From Eutreptiella sp. 'Long Island Sound 2002' (Eukaryota > Protista > Euglenida), in assembly GCA_964036045.1 (NCBI GenBank), contig OZ038378.1:187860001-187924000 (forward strand): DNA of 64,000 nt, in the 5' to 3' direction. The notes below the pieces were generated by a model. It ran no database searches. It was given only the letters and a program-made list of their open reading frames with translations, and had not been told where the DNA came from. Made by a program: the position numbers and the translations under genes. Of the stretch, positions 61,330-64,000 are shown piece by piece. Positions within the stretch are counted from its first letter, which is position 1, and every line of letters begins with the position of its first letter.

Positions 61330-61900
61330 CTGCGAGGTTACCATATGATGAGCAGGGTGCGCCAGCTCACCTTGGTCTAGACCAAAAAGAATGTTGCAAA
61401 ACCCTCAGGGTTTCCAAAAGTCGGGAGTAATCACATGGCTACAAAACCACTTTGGCATTTGGGTCCCCAAGGCGTGGAATTCTTGGAGCGCTTGTGATTG
61501 TGTTGGTCGGAGCTATTTGTGCCTAAAGTATGCATGCCTATTGGGGGAGCGTCGGCACACCGGGCATCTTTTTGGGCCTTTTTTGATACAAAGCTCTAAC
61601 CCATGCTTTTTGCATGGCCGGCCCCTTTCTAGTTGGGGATATGGACTGGTCGGTGGATGCCTCCAACTCTGCTACCAACTTTCTCCTGGAACCCTGGTCT
61701 AGCAGTTCCCCTAGGTACCCCCTCCGCCCCTTGCATAGTAATTGCTTGCGCGTGATGGTATCCTCGCACCTCCGAGGGGACATACCCCAAGTGACACTTC
61801 CCTCGCCCCGCACATTACGAGGAAAAGGACGCGCAACACGGAACAAGTCATACAGACACAAGGGCATATGAACAACAAAATGAGGTAGGAACTGCCTGTT
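61330..61900 (-). mobile_element. Degenerate LINE 3' fragment (zf-RVT-like)
   Basis: A minus frame gives RCPVC...HAYF.. with stops, consistent with the C-terminal Cys/His finger of L1/Tx1 ORF2. Confidence 0.4.
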
Positions 61901-61983
61901 GGGATGCATGTGTGCGTGGTGCTGAATCGACATTATGGCCCGATCCCGGCACAGTATGTGGGACTGACAGTCACCGAGAGAGA

Positions 61984-63950
61984 GAGAGGTATCTAGGGGT
62001 ACAAATTGGTCACGTCAATGCAGAACAAGCCTGTGTAGCACCAATGGCCAAAATGAAGGTACGTGCTGCCTTCCTGAAAACTCTACCGTTAGACCTGCAG
62101 GAGAAGGCTGAAATCTTAAAAATTTGGATCCAGCCGGTGGTGCAGCTAACGGGGGAACGTTAGCGCGCCGGGTGCACGCAGGGCATCTTTCGTGACCCGT
62201 GCCCCACCGGTGAACTGTTGCCGTTGATATGTTGGGCAACATTATATGGATTTGCCCCTTGGCCCCCCGGACATCACTAGATGTTTTGATTTGGGATGGG
62301 TATGGACCTTCTCGTACCCAAGGTGATTTCTTTGATTTCGAAGTTGGGGGCCATGATGGTGCTTACAAAGGACGGATTCATGTCATTGTGCCATTCATTG
62401 AAAGAAAGAATGGCACTTTGACAGCCCGCCAACAATGTTACAATGACGTGCACGGGTGGTATAGGGCACGCATGGAGCAGCCGTTTGCTCGGTTGTGGCA
62501 CGATGATGAGGCAGAGGCAGAGGCAGAAGTGTGTGATCCCGACTTCAGCCCCAGATTTACCCTCTCATGGAGAAGCCCCCCAAGTAGACCACGTTGCACT
62601 GCACATCCTCCCTACAAAGCAAGTTGCATAATAAAGCAATATCTGTGAATTCAGTAAAGCCAAATGTCATGTGTATTGTACTTAACAACATTGATCCCAC
62701 AAGTGTGGGTGTCAATACATTACATTCAGTACAATAGTGCTCCTTACTTTCATCACAAACGGCGACAGTGGAGCGCTTCTAGCAAAGTTAATAGAAAAGT
62801 AGCGCGCCGGGCACGCGCCGGGCAAACATTCCCCCAACAGCCAAGATCTGGGAGCCCTCGCAAAAAGTGCTCTCAGCTCTGAATGTCATTTTCAAGATGG
62901 CCCTAGACCTCTCATCATGGGACCTTAGCCCGGCCATGGTCGCGGAGCCGGTGGATCATGGTGGGGTAGCAACATTCCCGTTCGCAGTGTGGGTGAAATA
63001 CCAATTTGGCCCACTTTTTCAAATGGTGCTCAAGGAGAAATTACAGTTCACGGGGGTCTGGGTAGAGCAATTTCAGTCTTGGGTGCAGAACATTGGTTTA
63101 TCGTTGAATCCGAACTTCTTTCCATACTTGCAGCTGGTGGTGCGTCCTCGAGCATGGAGCAGGCGACACACATCCTGTGAGATGTTTTCACGGTTGCGGG
63201 AAAAAGCGCTTGCGCCACCGTTGGTGGGTCAACCAGACAATATGCCACTTTTGCACAATGTTCTTTTTCGCAATTCAAAATTCAATGAACCACACGTATT
63301 TTTCACCCAAATTGGTGCGTACAGGAATATTTAAGTTGGTTGATGTGACGGAGGGGGGGGGGGGGGGCTGAAGGACATAGTCTCCCTACCTCCCACGCGG
63401 CTGCCAGTGTAGCAGACAACAGTCCCCTTTGTCATGTCACTACCCATCCAGGATCTCCCAAGGGCCTAGGGGGGCGCCTTAAGCGCAGTGTGCGCGCAGT
63501 GCGGGCGCAGTGCAACTATTTGGGCGTCTAGCCGTACTGGAGACCCATACTTTGTGATATTGGGGGGCATCATTGTTGCCCCTAGCGTAGGTTTTGATGC
63601 TTCTTCCGCATTGGGGATATGGCATTTTTGGATTTTCACCCACTTTCACCCATTTCCGCCCCTTTTCACACTTTTTTGCTCATCCCCACCATGGACTCCC
63701 ACACTTTGGTGTGGGCCCTTGAGTTCGGGTGACGGACTCCCCGGTTTTTGCCTGACCACAGCCGAATGCCCAATCTGAGGCCGCATCACTGCGGATAAGG
63801 ATGCGTGGTTGTACCACAAGTGGAAGCCGGAGTTTGACGTGGATTCCCTCCTATAACCCACTTTGCCCCCCGGTCCAGTTGAGGATGAGGTGGACACATA
63901 TGAGGCCTTGGCACTAGCTGGTAGGGTGAGTGAGCTTTCAAATGCCGCCA
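61984..63950 (+). mobile_element. L1/Tx1-like LINE fragment split by a DNA transposon at 62151-62835
   Basis: RYLGVQIG..FLKTLPLDLQEKAEILKIWIQPVVQL. Removing 62151-62838 restores the frame: QLT-AKIWEPSQKVLSALNVIFKMAL...PVDHGGV, joining ORF 62867..63334. Confidence 0.85.
62151..62835 (+). mobile_element. Internally deleted PIF/Harbinger (ISL2EU-like) DNA transposon with a DDE_Tnp_4 fragment
   Basis: TIRs GGGGGAACGTT / AACATTCCCCC (10/11 match) and a 3-bp duplication AAC (62148-62150, 62836-62838). The internal frame HDGAYKG..VIVPF..RKNGTLTARQQCYNDVHGWYRARMEQPFARL is the D-x-G-Y...P...N..H...R..E..F motif of DDE_Tnp_4. Confidence 0.85.
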
Positions 63951-64000
63951 CTCCGAAGCATTCTGATTTTGTATTTAGTTGACAATTGAACAGAAAAGAG

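Overview
Repeat-rich eukaryotic nuclear DNA with no prokaryotic operons, rRNA, tRNA or CRISPR. A euglenid (Euglenozoa) origin is my inference from three things: a near-match to the euglenid spliced-leader sequence, AG acceptors a few nt upstream of start codons, and a trypanosomatid-type HNPY motif. Host genes are small islands of GT-AG-spliced exons. They are: (1) a secreted GP42/Phytophthora-type transglutaminase-elicitor homologue (minus strand, two exons resolved, 1580-526, 3' end not resolved); (2) a PDZ-domain protein (6034-6786, 3' end not resolved); (3) a TMEM272-like 4-TM exon (8621-9130); (4) a four-exon, about 554-aa low-complexity protein with tandem TQT (LC8-type) motifs and polyQ (21798-32356); (5) a three-exon, about 380-aa double-CCCH protein ending in YTHNPYAF* (42487-44927); and (6) a possible small gene starting at 56031 on the minus strand. 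The rest is mostly decayed mobile DNA: L1/Tx1-like LINE pieces, a DIRS/Ngaro-type RT, RNase H1-like fragments, a pogo-like relic, a Harbinger/ISL2EU-like element nested in a LINE, and several MITE-like families. Tandem repeats include a 47-bp hairpin satellite arranged as inverted arms, a 30-bp in-frame repeat and a long (CAACA)n tract. All gene models and family calls were made by eye from motifs and splice-phase consistency; no database search was run.
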